Source of the DNA: Syntrophaceae bacterium UBA4767
GTDB lineage: Bacteria; Desulfobacterota; Syntrophia; Syntrophales; UBA4767
Length of the DNA: 61,608 nt
Assembly: GCA_002403385.1 (NCBI GenBank)
Contig: DHHR01000079.1
Coordinates: forward strand, 1-61,608
Direction of reading: 5' to 3'
Position 1 is the first letter of the stretch; each line of letters begins with the position of its first letter. Positions 30,991-42,413 of the stretch are shown piece by piece. Under the pieces are notes generated by a model that made no database searches, was not told where the DNA came from, and saw nothing but the letters and a program-made list of their open reading frames with translations. A program made the translations under genes and the position numbers.

Positions 30991-31683
30991 ATGGCTTTAA
31001 TCGAGACAGTCGGGTTAAAAAAGATCTACAATCTGGGCGGCAGCGTCATCGCCGCCCTGGATGGAATCACTACAAACATTGAAAAGGGAGAGTTTGTTGC
31101 CATCATGGGGCCGTCAGGATCCGGCAAGTCCACCTTCATGAATCTCATCGGCTGTCTGGACAAACCGACGGCTGGTCGTTGCTTCTTGGAGGGCATGGAT
31201 ATCGGTTGCCTGAATAGGGATGAGCTTGCCGTAATCAGAAATAAGAAGATCGGTTTCGTCTTCCAAAGTTTTAATCTTCTGCCCCGGACGTCGGCCATAG
31301 AAAATGTGGAACTGCCTATGCTTTACAGCGGCCTTTCGCCCCTGGACAGAAAACTGCGCGCCAGAAAGGCTCTGAAAATGATGGGCTTGGAGGGGCGAGA
31401 AGAACACCTTCCCAATCAACTTTCAGGAGGTCAACAGCAAAGGGTGGCCATTGCCCGGGCCTTGGTAAACGATGCCCCTCTGATCATGGCCGATGAACCG
31501 ACAGGAAATTTGGATACGAAAGCAAGTGAGGAAATCATGGAGCTTTTTGTAAAACTGAACGAGGAATCACACATCACCGTCATCCTTGTCACTCATGAAC
31601 ATGATATTGCCGCCTTCAGCAAACGGATCATTAGGTTTCTGGACGGCAAGATTGTAAGCGATGAGAAGAGGAGCCGCCCGTGA
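30991..31683 (+). CDS. MacB/LolD-type ABC transporter ATP-binding protein
   Basis: GPSGSGKS, IGFVFQSFNLL, LSGGQQQRVAIAR, ADEPTGNLD. Confidence 0.97.
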   Translation: MALIETVGLKKIYNLGGSVIAALDGITTNIEKGEFVAIMGPSGSGKSTFMNLIGCLDKPTAGRCFLEGMDIGCLNRDELAVIRNKKIGFVFQSFNLLPRTSAIENVELPMLYSGLSPLDRKLRARKALKMMGLEGREEHLPNQLSGGQQQRVAIARALVNDAPLIMADEPTGNLDTKASEEIMELFVKLNEESHITVILVTHEHDIAAFSKRIIRFLDGKIVSDEKRSRP

Positions 31684-32909
31684 TAAACCTCGCTGCCACC
31701 GTTAAAATTTCCCTGCGCGCCCTTAAGATAAACAAGATGCGTTCAGCCCTCACTATGCTGGGCATTGTTATCGGCGTCACCGCCGTCATCATCATGGTGG
31801 CGATAGGTTCTGGAGCCCGCGAACGCGTTTCCCGGCAGATATCATCGGCAGGAAGCAACCTCCTTGTCGTTGTCCCCGGCAGTATGACCGCAGGCGGCAT
31901 CAGGATGGGCTTCGGCACCCAGGCCAACCTGACCACAAAAGACGCCGAAGCCATCTTAAAAGAGTGCCCGGCTGTATGGGACGTAAGCCCCGAAGTTCAT
32001 GGCGCCGCACAGGTAGTTTTCGGCAATCAAAACTGGTCCACAGCCATTACCGCCACCACGCCTAGTTATCTTAACGTCAGAGACTGGCTTCTCGACGATG
32101 GCAGAAATTTTTCCGATCAGGATATACGTAACACCACCAAGGTCTGTATAGTGGGGCAAACTATCGTCGAGAATCTCTTCGCAGGACAGGATCCCATAGA
32201 TCAGATCATCAGGATCAAGAAGGTGCCCTTCGTCGTCATCGGTGTTTTAGAAGCCAAGGGACAAGACCTCATGGGGCAGGACCAGGACGATATGATCCTG
32301 ATTCCCATAACCACGGGACGGAAGAAAGTCTTCGGAAGCTTGAGGCCCGATATGGTAAGATCCATTATCGTCAAAACCGTCTCTACACAAGAGCTTCCTC
32401 AGGCTGAGACCCAAATCCAGGAACTTCTGCGCCAACGTCACCATATCGGACCAAAGGAGGAAGAAGACTTCACGGTGCGCAACCTCACCCAGATGCTGCA
32501 GATGGCTGAGAAAAGCACAAGGATCATGACAATGCTTCTGGGCGCCATCGCCTCCATTTCCCTGTTGGTGGGCGGCATCGGCATCATGAACATCATGTTG
32601 GTGTCCGTTACGGAAAGAACCCGGGAGATAGGCATACGTATGGCGGTGGGGGCGAAGGTTCGTGATATCAGATTGCAGTTTATTACCGAAGCCTTGATCC
32701 TTTCCATGATCGGCGGCGCAATCGGAATCATCATGGGAATCGCCGGCGCAAAGCTAATCGCCCTTCTCACTGACTGGTCGGCCATGGTGTCCCTTCCGGC
32801 AACCGCCGCCGCCTTTGGTTTTTCTGGACTGGTAGGCATTTTCTTTGGTTTTTACCCCGCTTACAAGGCCTCCCTCCTGAATCCCATCGAAGCCCTGCGA
32901 TATGAATAA
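31680..32909 (+). CDS. MacB-type ABC transporter permease
   Basis: RSALTMLGIVIG, GGIGIMNIMLVSVTERTREIGIR, PAYKAS.LNPIEALRYE. Confidence 0.97.
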   Translation: MINLAATVKISLRALKINKMRSALTMLGIVIGVTAVIIMVAIGSGARERVSRQISSAGSNLLVVVPGSMTAGGIRMGFGTQANLTTKDAEAILKECPAVWDVSPEVHGAAQVVFGNQNWSTAITATTPSYLNVRDWLLDDGRNFSDQDIRNTTKVCIVGQTIVENLFAGQDPIDQIIRIKKVPFVVIGVLEAKGQDLMGQDQDDMILIPITTGRKKVFGSLRPDMVRSIIVKTVSTQELPQAETQIQELLRQRHHIGPKEEEDFTVRNLTQMLQMAEKSTRIMTMLLGAIASISLLVGGIGIMNIMLVSVTERTREIGIRMAVGAKVRDIRLQFITEALILSMIGGAIGIIMGIAGAKLIALLTDWSAMVSLPATAAAFGFSGLVGIFFGFYPAYKASLLNPIEALRYE

Positions 32910-32953
32910 ATTGATTGTTGCAAACCAAAATCGGAAGATGTAGTTTTGCCGCC

Positions 32954-33829
32954 ATGAAAACTGCCGATTTGTTATTTATCGTCATTTCCGCGTTCCTCCA
33001 TGCCTTCTATAATTTTTTAATGAGGAAACACTCGGGAAATCATTTCTTCCTAAGCGGGATATTTGTGGTCGGGGCTTTGATTTCTCTGCCTATTGCCTTA
33101 ATATCCCACGGATACAAGGACATCCCATGGCACAGTGTTGCTTATATCTACGGCGCAGCTTTTTTTTATACGCTGTACCAGGTTTTCGCCAATAAATCGT
33201 ACCAGCGGGGCAGCATTTCAACCAACTATCCCCTGACGGTGCTGAGCCCCTTATTTGTTCCTATCTGGGCTTTTTTCATGCTTTCCGAAAAAATATCCCT
33301 CCTGACAGGATTGGGTGTTTTTGTTACGGTAATAGGCGCCATTGCTGTCCAGATGAAGTCTGTTTCGGCTTCCGAATTCAAGGAAATATTCGCACTGAAT
33401 AAGGAGCATAACGGCGCTCAGTTTGCCCTTGCGGCATCGCTGGCATACTCGTTCGGAGCAATTTTTGACAAGGCCCGGATCAACGTTTTCCCCCTCACGG
33501 CATATCTCAGCATCATCATCGCCTTCATGGCAATCAATATGACCATTCATATGCTGGCTTCGCAACGCGAGAAGTTTTTTCATTATATGAGCGGCAACTG
33601 GAAGGTTCTCATCATTGGCGGATGTGCGCTGTACCTGTCTTTTATGTTTTTCCGGCTGGCGTTGCAAAACATAGATGTGAGCGTAGCCGTCCCCATTCGA
33701 CAGGTTTCCATTATATTTGCCATCCTTTTCGGGGTGTTTTTTTTGAAAGAGCATTTCGGAATCGGAAAAATTGCGGCCACATTGATTATTATTGCCGGAA
33801 TTATATTGATTAACATGGATCTAAGATAA
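32954..33829 (+). CDS. EamA/DMT family transporter
   Basis: About 10 hydrophobic helices, SAFLHAFYN, SYQRG.IS..YPL, PIRQVSIIFAILFGVFFLKE. Confidence 0.88.
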   Translation: MKTADLLFIVISAFLHAFYNFLMRKHSGNHFFLSGIFVVGALISLPIALISHGYKDIPWHSVAYIYGAAFFYTLYQVFANKSYQRGSISTNYPLTVLSPLFVPIWAFFMLSEKISLLTGLGVFVTVIGAIAVQMKSVSASEFKEIFALNKEHNGAQFALAASLAYSFGAIFDKARINVFPLTAYLSIIIAFMAINMTIHMLASQREKFFHYMSGNWKVLIIGGCALYLSFMFFRLALQNIDVSVAVPIRQVSIIFAILFGVFFLKEHFGIGKIAATLIIIAGIILINMDLR

Positions 33830-33846
33830 CTATAAAATGGTTGTTA

Positions 33847-33875
33847 TTGCCATTTTTAAAATTATGCCTTATCAT
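33847..33875 (+). promoter_or_regulatory. sigma70 promoter for the parA-like gene
   Basis: TTGCCA, 17 nt, TATCAT, about 40 nt upstream of ATG 33914. Confidence 0.55.
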
Positions 33876-33913
33876 TTAAAATAAAAGGGATAATATTAAT
33901 CAACGGCTCAGGT

Positions 33914-34663
33914 ATGACCCAAAAGATTGCCATTACAAATCAAAAAGGCGGGGTAGGAAAAACCACAACAGCCCTTTGTTTGGCGGCGGCCTTGAAAATC
34001 AAGGGGAAAAAGTCGCTTCTTGTCGATCTGGATTCCCAGGGAAACGCTTCGGCAGCTGCGGGACTTATTATCGAAAACAATGCGAAAACATTGAAAGATA
34101 TGCTCACACAGCAAGGCGGCCTTGAAGAATACATCGTCAGAACGAATTTTATGGACATAATCCCCTCGAATAATTCCCTGAAAGACATTGAACCGCATCT
34201 GCATAAACAAAGAGGTTTCAATCTCTTAAAAAATTCTTTAAAGGCTGGAGTGGCAGACTATGATTTTGTTTTCTTCGATTGCCCGCCGAGCATCAACGTC
34301 TTCACAAAGAACGCTCTTGTTGCCGCCGATGCCATCATCATTCCGGTCGATGCCGGTTTCTTTTCTTTGCTTGGGCTCAAGCAGCTGCTCGAAGAAATCG
34401 ACCGAATTAAAAAAACGTTTAACCCCAAGCTTGCCTTGCAGGGAGTGCTGGCATGCAAGTTTGATAGGAGAACGGCTCTATCGGAACAGGTCTTCGCAAT
34501 CCTGAAACAGGATTTCCCCGACAAATTGTTTAATGCTGTCATCAGGGTAAACATTGATCTGGTGAAGGCGCAAATTGCCCAGAAGAATATCTTTGAATAC
34601 AACTCAAAAAGCAAAGGGGCGGAAGATTTTCTTTCTTTGGCAGAGGAAATCATCAATGGCTAA
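33914..34663 (+). CDS. ParA/Soj-family ATPase (orphan, no parB)
   Basis: NQKGGVGKTT deviant Walker A, VDLDSQGNAS, DCPPS, FDRRT. Confidence 0.95.
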   Translation: MTQKIAITNQKGGVGKTTTALCLAAALKIKGKKSLLVDLDSQGNASAAAGLIIENNAKTLKDMLTQQGGLEEYIVRTNFMDIIPSNNSLKDIEPHLHKQRGFNLLKNSLKAGVADYDFVFFDCPPSINVFTKNALVAADAIIIPVDAGFFSLLGLKQLLEEIDRIKKTFNPKLALQGVLACKFDRRTALSEQVFAILKQDFPDKLFNAVIRVNIDLVKAQIAQKNIFEYNSKSKGAEDFLSLAEEIING

Positions 34664-35057
34664 AGGAAACAAAAAAGAAATACTGGAAAAATTAGGCGCA
34701 TTAAAAACCAACACGCCTACAAAAACAAGGTCCCCTTCTTTCAAAAGAATCCCCCAACAACCTAGGGGGAAGAGTATAAAGAAAGATACTGTTGTTAGAG
34801 ATGAACCCCTCGGCTGCAATCGTTTAATCATGAAAAATCTTTCCGCATTAAACAGGATAAGCTGCCTTGTAATTGAGGAAACGGGGAAGTTTCAGATGGC
34901 CGTAATCTATAAAACAATGCAGATATGCTTGCATTCGATGAAAACGTATCTCTGTTATTTTACCAATCCCACTGACAGATGGGAAAATCACGAACTTGTT
35001 CAACCTCAAACGGAAGCGCAAGAACCAACGCTGGAGGAAACAAATGAACTTCCATAG
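34656..35057 (+). CDS. Hypothetical protein, translationally coupled partner of ParA
   Basis: ATG overlaps the parA end (ATGGCTAA) and is preceded by GAGG; fills the gap to the convergent dapL; 133 aa, Lys-rich N-terminus. Confidence 0.65.
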   Translation: MAKGNKKEILEKLGALKTNTPTKTRSPSFKRIPQQPRGKSIKKDTVVRDEPLGCNRLIMKNLSALNRISCLVIEETGKFQMAVIYKTMQICLHSMKTYLCYFTNPTDRWENHELVQPQTEAQEPTLEETNELP

Positions 35058-35065
35058 GACTCGCC

Positions 35066-36238
35066 TCAGACCGTCTTGAATTCTCTTACAATACGATCCA
35101 TCGCTTTCTGGAGACGGTCGTCGGGAACGGTGAGGGAAATGCGCACGAAACCTTCTCCGTACCGGCCATAGGCCGTGCCTGCAGCCACCACCACCGCTGT
35201 TTTCTCAAAGAGTTGATCTGTAAATTCCAGAGAAGTCATGCCCCTGGGAACGGGCGCCCACAGATAAAACGTTCCTTTAGGGGGAGTAAATTCGATGCCT
35301 ATACGCCGCAGGCTGGACAACACCAATTCTCTTCTTTCCGTATATATCCCCACCATCTGGTTGATAAAGGCGGCTTCATTTTTCAGCGCATAAATGCCGG
35401 CATATTGGATCGCATTGAAAATGCCGGAATCAGTATTTTCCTTGACCTTGCTGATGGCGGCAATAAGGTCAGGATTGCCCACCGCCATGCCGATCCGCCA
35501 GCCGCACATGTTAAAGGGCTTGGACAGGGAGTTTAATTCAATGCCCACATCCTTTGCTCCCTCGGCCATCAAAAAGCTGATCCTTTGCTGTCCTTCAAAG
35601 AGAATCTCCGCGTAGGGATTGTCATAGCAAACGGCAATATCATACTGTTTGGCAAAAGCAACCAGATCATCGAGGAAATCCTTCGTCGCGCAGGCGCCCG
35701 TGGGATTGTTCGGATAGTTGAGAAACATGCCCCGCGCCCTTTTTGCCACATCGCTGGGAATGTCCGCCAATACCGGCAGATAGTTGTTGCCGGGAAGTAT
35801 GGGCACATTGTAAGGTTCACCGCCGCCCATCAAAATGCTGGAGCGGTAAGCAGGGTAACCCGGGTCGGTCATCAAAACGATATCGCCCGGATTGATCCGC
35901 GCCAGAACGAAATGATGACAGCCTTCCTTGGAACCGATTAACCCAAGCACTTCACTGGCCGGATCGAGGGAAACATCATATCTTTCCTTGTACCACCGCG
36001 CAACCTCCTGCCGGAAGGCCAGCATGCCCTTTTCCTCGTCCGTAGGGTAGCGATGGTTTTGTGGGTCGCGCGCTCTTGCGCAGAGTTCTTCCACAACTGC
36101 CGGCGGTGTCGCCTCCACAGGATCGCCGATGGCCAGAGAGATAACATCCATGCCATCGGACTTGGCCTTGGCAATTTTCTTTCTCAATTCCATGAACAAA
36201 TAAGGGGGTATCTTCGTTAAACGTTCAGCAATCTGCAC
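35066..36238 (-). CDS. dapL: LL-diaminopimelate aminotransferase
   Basis: IPPYLF, IGSKEG, LNYPNNPTG, DNPYAE, SLSKPFNMCGWRIG, GEGFVRISLT; next to dapF. Confidence 0.88.
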   Translation of the reverse strand: MQIAERLTKIPPYLFMELRKKIAKAKSDGMDVISLAIGDPVEATPPAVVEELCARARDPQNHRYPTDEEKGMLAFRQEVARWYKERYDVSLDPASEVLGLIGSKEGCHHFVLARINPGDIVLMTDPGYPAYRSSILMGGGEPYNVPILPGNNYLPVLADIPSDVAKRARGMFLNYPNNPTGACATKDFLDDLVAFAKQYDIAVCYDNPYAEILFEGQQRISFLMAEGAKDVGIELNSLSKPFNMCGWRIGMAVGNPDLIAAISKVKENTDSGIFNAIQYAGIYALKNEAAFINQMVGIYTERRELVLSSLRRIGIEFTPPKGTFYLWAPVPRGMTSLEFTDQLFEKTAVVVAAGTAYGRYGEGFVRISLTVPDDRLQKAMDRIVREFKTV

Positions 36239-36253
36239 TTCCCATACTCCTTT

Positions 36254-37075
36254 TCAAGATTGATGCGCTTCGTCCCAGAGCATGCCTTGATAGACGACGG
36301 CGGCTTTTCCTTCCAGGTAGATTTTTTCGAATCCCCTGTCTGTTTTGCCAAAATAAACCTTCAGGATTTCCCCGCTTTTCACGTGTACATCCACAGGCGA
36401 CGCCACAAACCCCTTCCACGAAGAAATCAACGCCGCAGCCACAGAACCGGTGCCGCAGGCCATCGTTTCGTCCTCGACACCCCTTTCGTAGGTCCTGACC
36501 TTGAGAGTTTTTTTATCAACGACCTCAACAAAATTCGCGTTGGCCCCGGCCGGCTGATATCGCTCATGATAGCGGATTATCTTTCCGATGTGAAATACAT
36601 CGTAATTGTCGAGATCATCAACAAAACAAACGACATGAGGCACACCCGTATTGATGCTGTCAACTTCAAAGCAGCGGTTATCCACGGTAATCAACTGATT
36701 GAGCTTTGGGCATTGGGCATCCGTTAAACGCAGTTTCACCAGATTGCCTTTGACCTGCGCCTCAATGATTCCGGCCATGGTCTCAAAGGACAAGGATTCC
36801 CCGGCGATACCTTGCAGATAGGCAAACCGCGCGGCACAACGCCCGCCGTTTCCACACATTTCGGCTTCGGAGCCATCGGCGTTAAAGAACCGCCAACGGA
36901 AATCTGCCCTGTTGGAATACTCGATGACAATCAGGCCATCAGCCCCCACGGAAATGTTCCTTTCGCAAATCTTTTTTGCAAATTCTCTCAGGTTTACGCT
37001 TTTAAGGACATTGTTTCTGTTGTCAATGAGAACAAAATCATTCCCGCTGCCGCTCATTTTGAAGAACTCAATCAT
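36254..37075 (-). CDS. dapF: Diaminopimelate epimerase
   Basis: GSGNDF, GADG, NADGSEAEMCGNG, GVPH, ERGVEDETMACGTG; alternative TTG start at 37084. Confidence 0.97.
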   Translation of the reverse strand: MIEFFKMSGSGNDFVLIDNRNNVLKSVNLREFAKKICERNISVGADGLIVIEYSNRADFRWRFFNADGSEAEMCGNGGRCAARFAYLQGIAGESLSFETMAGIIEAQVKGNLVKLRLTDAQCPKLNQLITVDNRCFEVDSINTGVPHVVCFVDDLDNYDVFHIGKIIRYHERYQPAGANANFVEVVDKKTLKVRTYERGVEDETMACGTGSVAAALISSWKGFVASPVDVHVKSGEILKVYFGKTDRGFEKIYLEGKAAVVYQGMLWDEAHQS

Positions 37076-37093
37076 GCATCGCAACCTGTCATC

Positions 37094-38716
<1,623 letters not shown>

Positions 38717-38767
38717 TTACGATTCCTCAACACAAAAAAGCTTTTCCATGGCGGTTTTTTTGATATG

Positions 38768-40117
38768 TCAGGCAAGCTCTTTCCTTGCAATATCGGCAAT
38801 TTGTTTGCAGTATTTTTCCGTCGCCGCATCGGAGGGCCCCTCCACCATGACACGGCATATATCCTGAGTTCCCGAATAACGCACCAAAACACGCCCTTCA
38901 GCGCCAAGGTCTTCCTCTGCTTGCCGAATCGCCTCTACAAGTCGGGGAATCGTGGAAATATCGGGTTTGCGCTTCACATCAACATTGATCAACTTCTGGG
39001 GAAAGATGTCCATCATGCGCGCCATTTCGGAAAGCGGCTTGCCTTCTTTTAACATAGCGGCAATCAGCTGCATCGCCGCGATGATGCCGTCGCCTGTCGT
39101 ATGATGGTCGAGGAAAATCATGTGTCCCGCATCCTCTCCGCCAATTACCGATCCCAGCCGCAGCATGTCTTCGAGAACATAGCGGTCTCCCACCTGGGAG
39201 GCATGATAGTTAAAACCATACTTCTTGCAGGCAATTCTTAGGCCCAGGTTGCTCATCACGGTGCTAACGAGGAGATTATTTTTCATTTTACCCTCATTTT
39301 TCAACATATTGGCACAGATGATAAGAATCTGATCGCCTGTAATATCATTGCCCTTTTCATCCACAGCGATGAGACGGTCACCGTCTCCGTCAAAGGCAAG
39401 ACCTATGGCTGCCCTGCTTTCCACCACTTTTTTTTTCAGATCCTCCGTGTGCTGTGAGCCGCATTTATTGTTGATATTAATGCCATCCGGCGCGTTATGA
39501 ATAACCTCAACATCGGCGCCAAGCTCAATGAACGCATCGGGCGCCACCCTGTATGTGGCGCCATTTGCGGTATCCAGCACGATCTTCATTTCCTCCATAG
39601 AAAGATTGCGGGGAAAGGTGTTTTTCAAAAATACTATATATCGCCCGTGAACGTCATCTATCCGAAAAGCCTTCCCCATTCCTGCCGCCGTCGGCAGAAG
39701 ATCGGCAAGCTTATCACTGAGGATCAACTCCTCTATCTCCTCTTCCTGTTTATCGCTCAACTTGAAACCGTTCCCCCCGAATATCTTAAGCCCGTTATCC
39801 TGATAGGGATTGTGGGAAGCGGAAATGACAATGCCCGCATCGGCGCGCATACTCTGAGTGATAAAGGCGATTCCCGGGGTGGTCAGCACGCCGACCAGGT
39901 AGGGATAGCCTCCCATGGCAGTGATTCCCGCTTCCAGGGAACTTTCCAGCATGTATCCGGAAATTCTGGTATCTTTACCGATAACAATACGGGCATGGTG
40001 ACGGTTCTTTTTGAACAGATGCGCTACAGCCTGTCCGACGCCAAAAGCAATTTGTGTGTTGACGGGATAGCGGTTTGCCTCCCCCCTTATTCCATCGGTT
40101 CCGAATAATTTACCCAT
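38768..40117 (-). CDS. glmM: Phosphoglucosamine mutase
   Basis: FGTDGIRG, GKDTRISG, ISASHNP, DGDGDR, VGDRYV, RYSGT. Confidence 0.97.
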   Translation of the reverse strand: MGKLFGTDGIRGEANRYPVNTQIAFGVGQAVAHLFKKNRHHARIVIGKDTRISGYMLESSLEAGITAMGGYPYLVGVLTTPGIAFITQSMRADAGIVISASHNPYQDNGLKIFGGNGFKLSDKQEEEIEELILSDKLADLLPTAAGMGKAFRIDDVHGRYIVFLKNTFPRNLSMEEMKIVLDTANGATYRVAPDAFIELGADVEVIHNAPDGININNKCGSQHTEDLKKKVVESRAAIGLAFDGDGDRLIAVDEKGNDITGDQILIICANMLKNEGKMKNNLLVSTVMSNLGLRIACKKYGFNYHASQVGDRYVLEDMLRLGSVIGGEDAGHMIFLDHHTTGDGIIAAMQLIAAMLKEGKPLSEMARMMDIFPQKLINVDVKRKPDISTIPRLVEAIRQAEEDLGAEGRVLVRYSGTQDICRVMVEGPSDAATEKYCKQIADIARKELA

Positions 40118-40178
40118 CGTTTTTCTTCATCTCCAAATGATTCATCTCTTGCAAACTTATCTCCCAATGTATCCTTAA

Positions 40179-41441
40179 TCAACCCTTTTTCTTGAATAAA
40201 CTTAAGGATGGGACGGACATGGCCACCGTGTTGCATAGAGTATCCACCATGCCGCCAAGCCAAACAACGCCTTTTGATGAAACTTTCGCGGGAAGGCTTT
40301 GTATCGTCTCAAGGTAATTGGCCCTGTAATGCCCTACAATTTTTTCGAAGTCCCTGAGAAACGCTTCACGAGACCTCTCTACGGTCTCCGGCTCATCCGA
40401 CGGTTGTCCGTTGAAAATATCCTCAAGGAACGCCATCTTCTCATAAAATTCACGCATTCCCTGCGCTGCCTTTCCCTTTCGTTTCTTTATGGATGGGGAT
40501 AAGGCTTTTTCCGCCACTACCTTCAGCCTTTTCAGACGCTCTTTTCTGGCCAGTAAAAGCTGTTCCATCACGCCCTCATAAAGAAAGAGGCCAAACTGCT
40601 GAGCTTCCAAGAAAGGCTTTCTTACATGGCTGTACCAGGCCTCAAGGGCTGTCATGTTTGCCAGATAGACAATATTATTCTCCACGATACGCCCTATGTT
40701 AGGATAAGCTGTGGGAATATAATCTCTAACGATTTTGGAGTTTATCGTGTCAAATATCAATTTATTATCTTCGATGTAATCGTGTCTCAATATAGAACCT
40801 GCCGCCACGACATTGCCATATCCCAGACGCGCCGGACCTACGATTCCTCCCTGGCCACCCAAAAAAATGGGGGGCTGGTTCAGCATAACCCCCCTTGGCA
40901 CATCACCTATCAAGGATGGCGTTGTTTTGTCTGCATCAGGGGTAAAATTGAAATGGATATAGGAACTGCCCACCTCAGAGTGATTCTGGCGGCTTGTGCC
41001 GCCAGCCATAAAGCAGTCACAGAAATTGATCAGGCTGCCGAGTGTCACAAAGGGAAAGAGGATGGTCTGTTTTAGACCGACACAGTGGGCGCCGCTTGCC
41101 TGTTCTTCCATAATGGATCCTTCACGCACGCAAGCGCCCATCCCCATCTTCGCTTGCTCAAGAAATACGGATTTGCTAAAGAAGCCCCCCTTCAGTTCAA
41201 CTGTTGGTCCCAGTTGGCAGTTTTCCATCGTTACGGGGGCTTCATATCCGAGTTGACACCCTGACGATATTACCGTCTTGTTGCCATAGATTCTGCATCC
41301 CGGATAGATCTTGACGCCTTGTTCTGAAATGAGGTCTATATTAACCTCATCGCCAATATCAACGCTGCTGGGATTAGGGATATCCACGCCTTTGCTGAGC
41401 AGCCGGCGTATTTTTTCATGCGATCTCGGTTTGAAATCCAT
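40179..41441 (-). CDS. Stand-alone GlmU C-terminal-like left-handed beta-helix protein (putative GlcN-1-P acetyltransferase) with extra C-terminal domain
   Basis: N-terminus LLSKGVDIPNP aligns by eye with the GlmU linker; hexapeptide repeats; ...VGLKQTIL...FNF...LIGD...AAGS pattern; directly upstream of glmM. Confidence 0.65.
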   Translation of the reverse strand: MDFKPRSHEKIRRLLSKGVDIPNPSSVDIGDEVNIDLISEQGVKIYPGCRIYGNKTVISSGCQLGYEAPVTMENCQLGPTVELKGGFFSKSVFLEQAKMGMGACVREGSIMEEQASGAHCVGLKQTILFPFVTLGSLINFCDCFMAGGTSRQNHSEVGSSYIHFNFTPDADKTTPSLIGDVPRGVMLNQPPIFLGGQGGIVGPARLGYGNVVAAGSILRHDYIEDNKLIFDTINSKIVRDYIPTAYPNIGRIVENNIVYLANMTALEAWYSHVRKPFLEAQQFGLFLYEGVMEQLLLARKERLKRLKVVAEKALSPSIKKRKGKAAQGMREFYEKMAFLEDIFNGQPSDEPETVERSREAFLRDFEKIVGHYRANYLETIQSLPAKVSSKGVVWLGGMVDTLCNTVAMSVPSLSLFKKKG

Positions 41442-42050
41442 GTGGTTATCTTGAAAATTTATTTAATAATTGCATTGAAAGAATAGTATTTTCTACCAGA
41501 TATCCGGTCATGTGTCAATATGCTCCGTAAAGCGCCCGCTTACCAACTTTTCTTGCCGGCCAGTCTTATTTTTTATATATCCCTTCTTCTCCGGAGTTTG
41601 ATTTTCATCCCTATGTGTTTATTGTCTCTTATTGCCTTCACAGCATCCCTCTCTAATAAAATTATACAACTTTAAGCTGTTAAATTCTACCAATCAGGGG
41701 TTGTATTTTCTGTTCCTGCAGGGTGAAAGTGTCACCTTTTTTGCAATGAGGAAATGTCACCCTCCCGGTGTGATGTTTTGTGTTGTAAACATGTTTTAAT
41801 GTCCCGCAACGTTTAAAGCTTCTATAACCCCGTAACGTATTGTCTCCCCCATCGTAAATGTAACCCTCTCTTTCATGAAGCGCCCACTTCGCCTCGTGAG
41901 ATGCTTCTTCCTTTGCCTGGTTCAGACAGGGGGTGACATAATCATATTGCAGTAACACATTTACCACTTTTCCCTTTACAAAAAGGTCCATATTATGTAT
42001 GAAATCAAGTTTAAATTTCCCTTATACCTAAACAAGGTGGTAGGTTACCT

Positions 42051-42413
42051 ATGAAGCCTAAGAAGCTAGAATTTTTTAGACAATTGCTTACTCAGAAGAT
42101 CAATGAGCTTCTCGATGAAGCCGAAAAGACCGTTTCTGACATGATCAATGGAAAGGAAAACTTCCCTGACCCCACTGATCGGGCCTCTCTTGAATCAGAC
42201 AGGAATTTTGAACTGAGAATCAGAGACCGAGAAAGAAAACTGATTGTGAAAATGCAGGAGGCGATTAAGCGCATCGACGATGGTATCTTTGGTATATGTG
42301 AAGTTTGCGGTGGGCCAATATCGGAAAAGAGGCTGTTGGCAAGGCCTGTCACCACTTTATGTATAGACTGCAAAACGAAGCAGGAACAGGCCGAAAAACA
42401 GAAAGGTGAATAA
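42051..42413 (+). CDS. dksA: RNA polymerase-binding protein DksA
   Basis: PDPTDRAS.E, RDRERKL, CEVCGGPI...RL.ARP...CIDCK. Confidence 0.97.
   Translation: MKPKKLEFFRQLLTQKINELLDEAEKTVSDMINGKENFPDPTDRASLESDRNFELRIRDRERKLIVKMQEAIKRIDDGIFGICEVCGGPISEKRLLARPVTTLCIDCKTKQEQAEKQKGE

Noticed and set aside
28489-32909. TolC-MacAB exporter as part of a bacteriocin/RiPP cluster
   Set aside because: No precursor peptide or modification enzyme nearby; looks like a common tripartite efflux operon.
41752-41940. 6S RNA or SRP RNA call
   Set aside because: The ends can pair and the length fits 6S, but I could not build the long rod or find the SRP helix-8 motif. Kept only as an unexplained region.
41680-41991. 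103-aa minus-strand ORF in the long intergenic region
   Set aside because: No recognisable family or good SD; cannot be supported, though not excluded.
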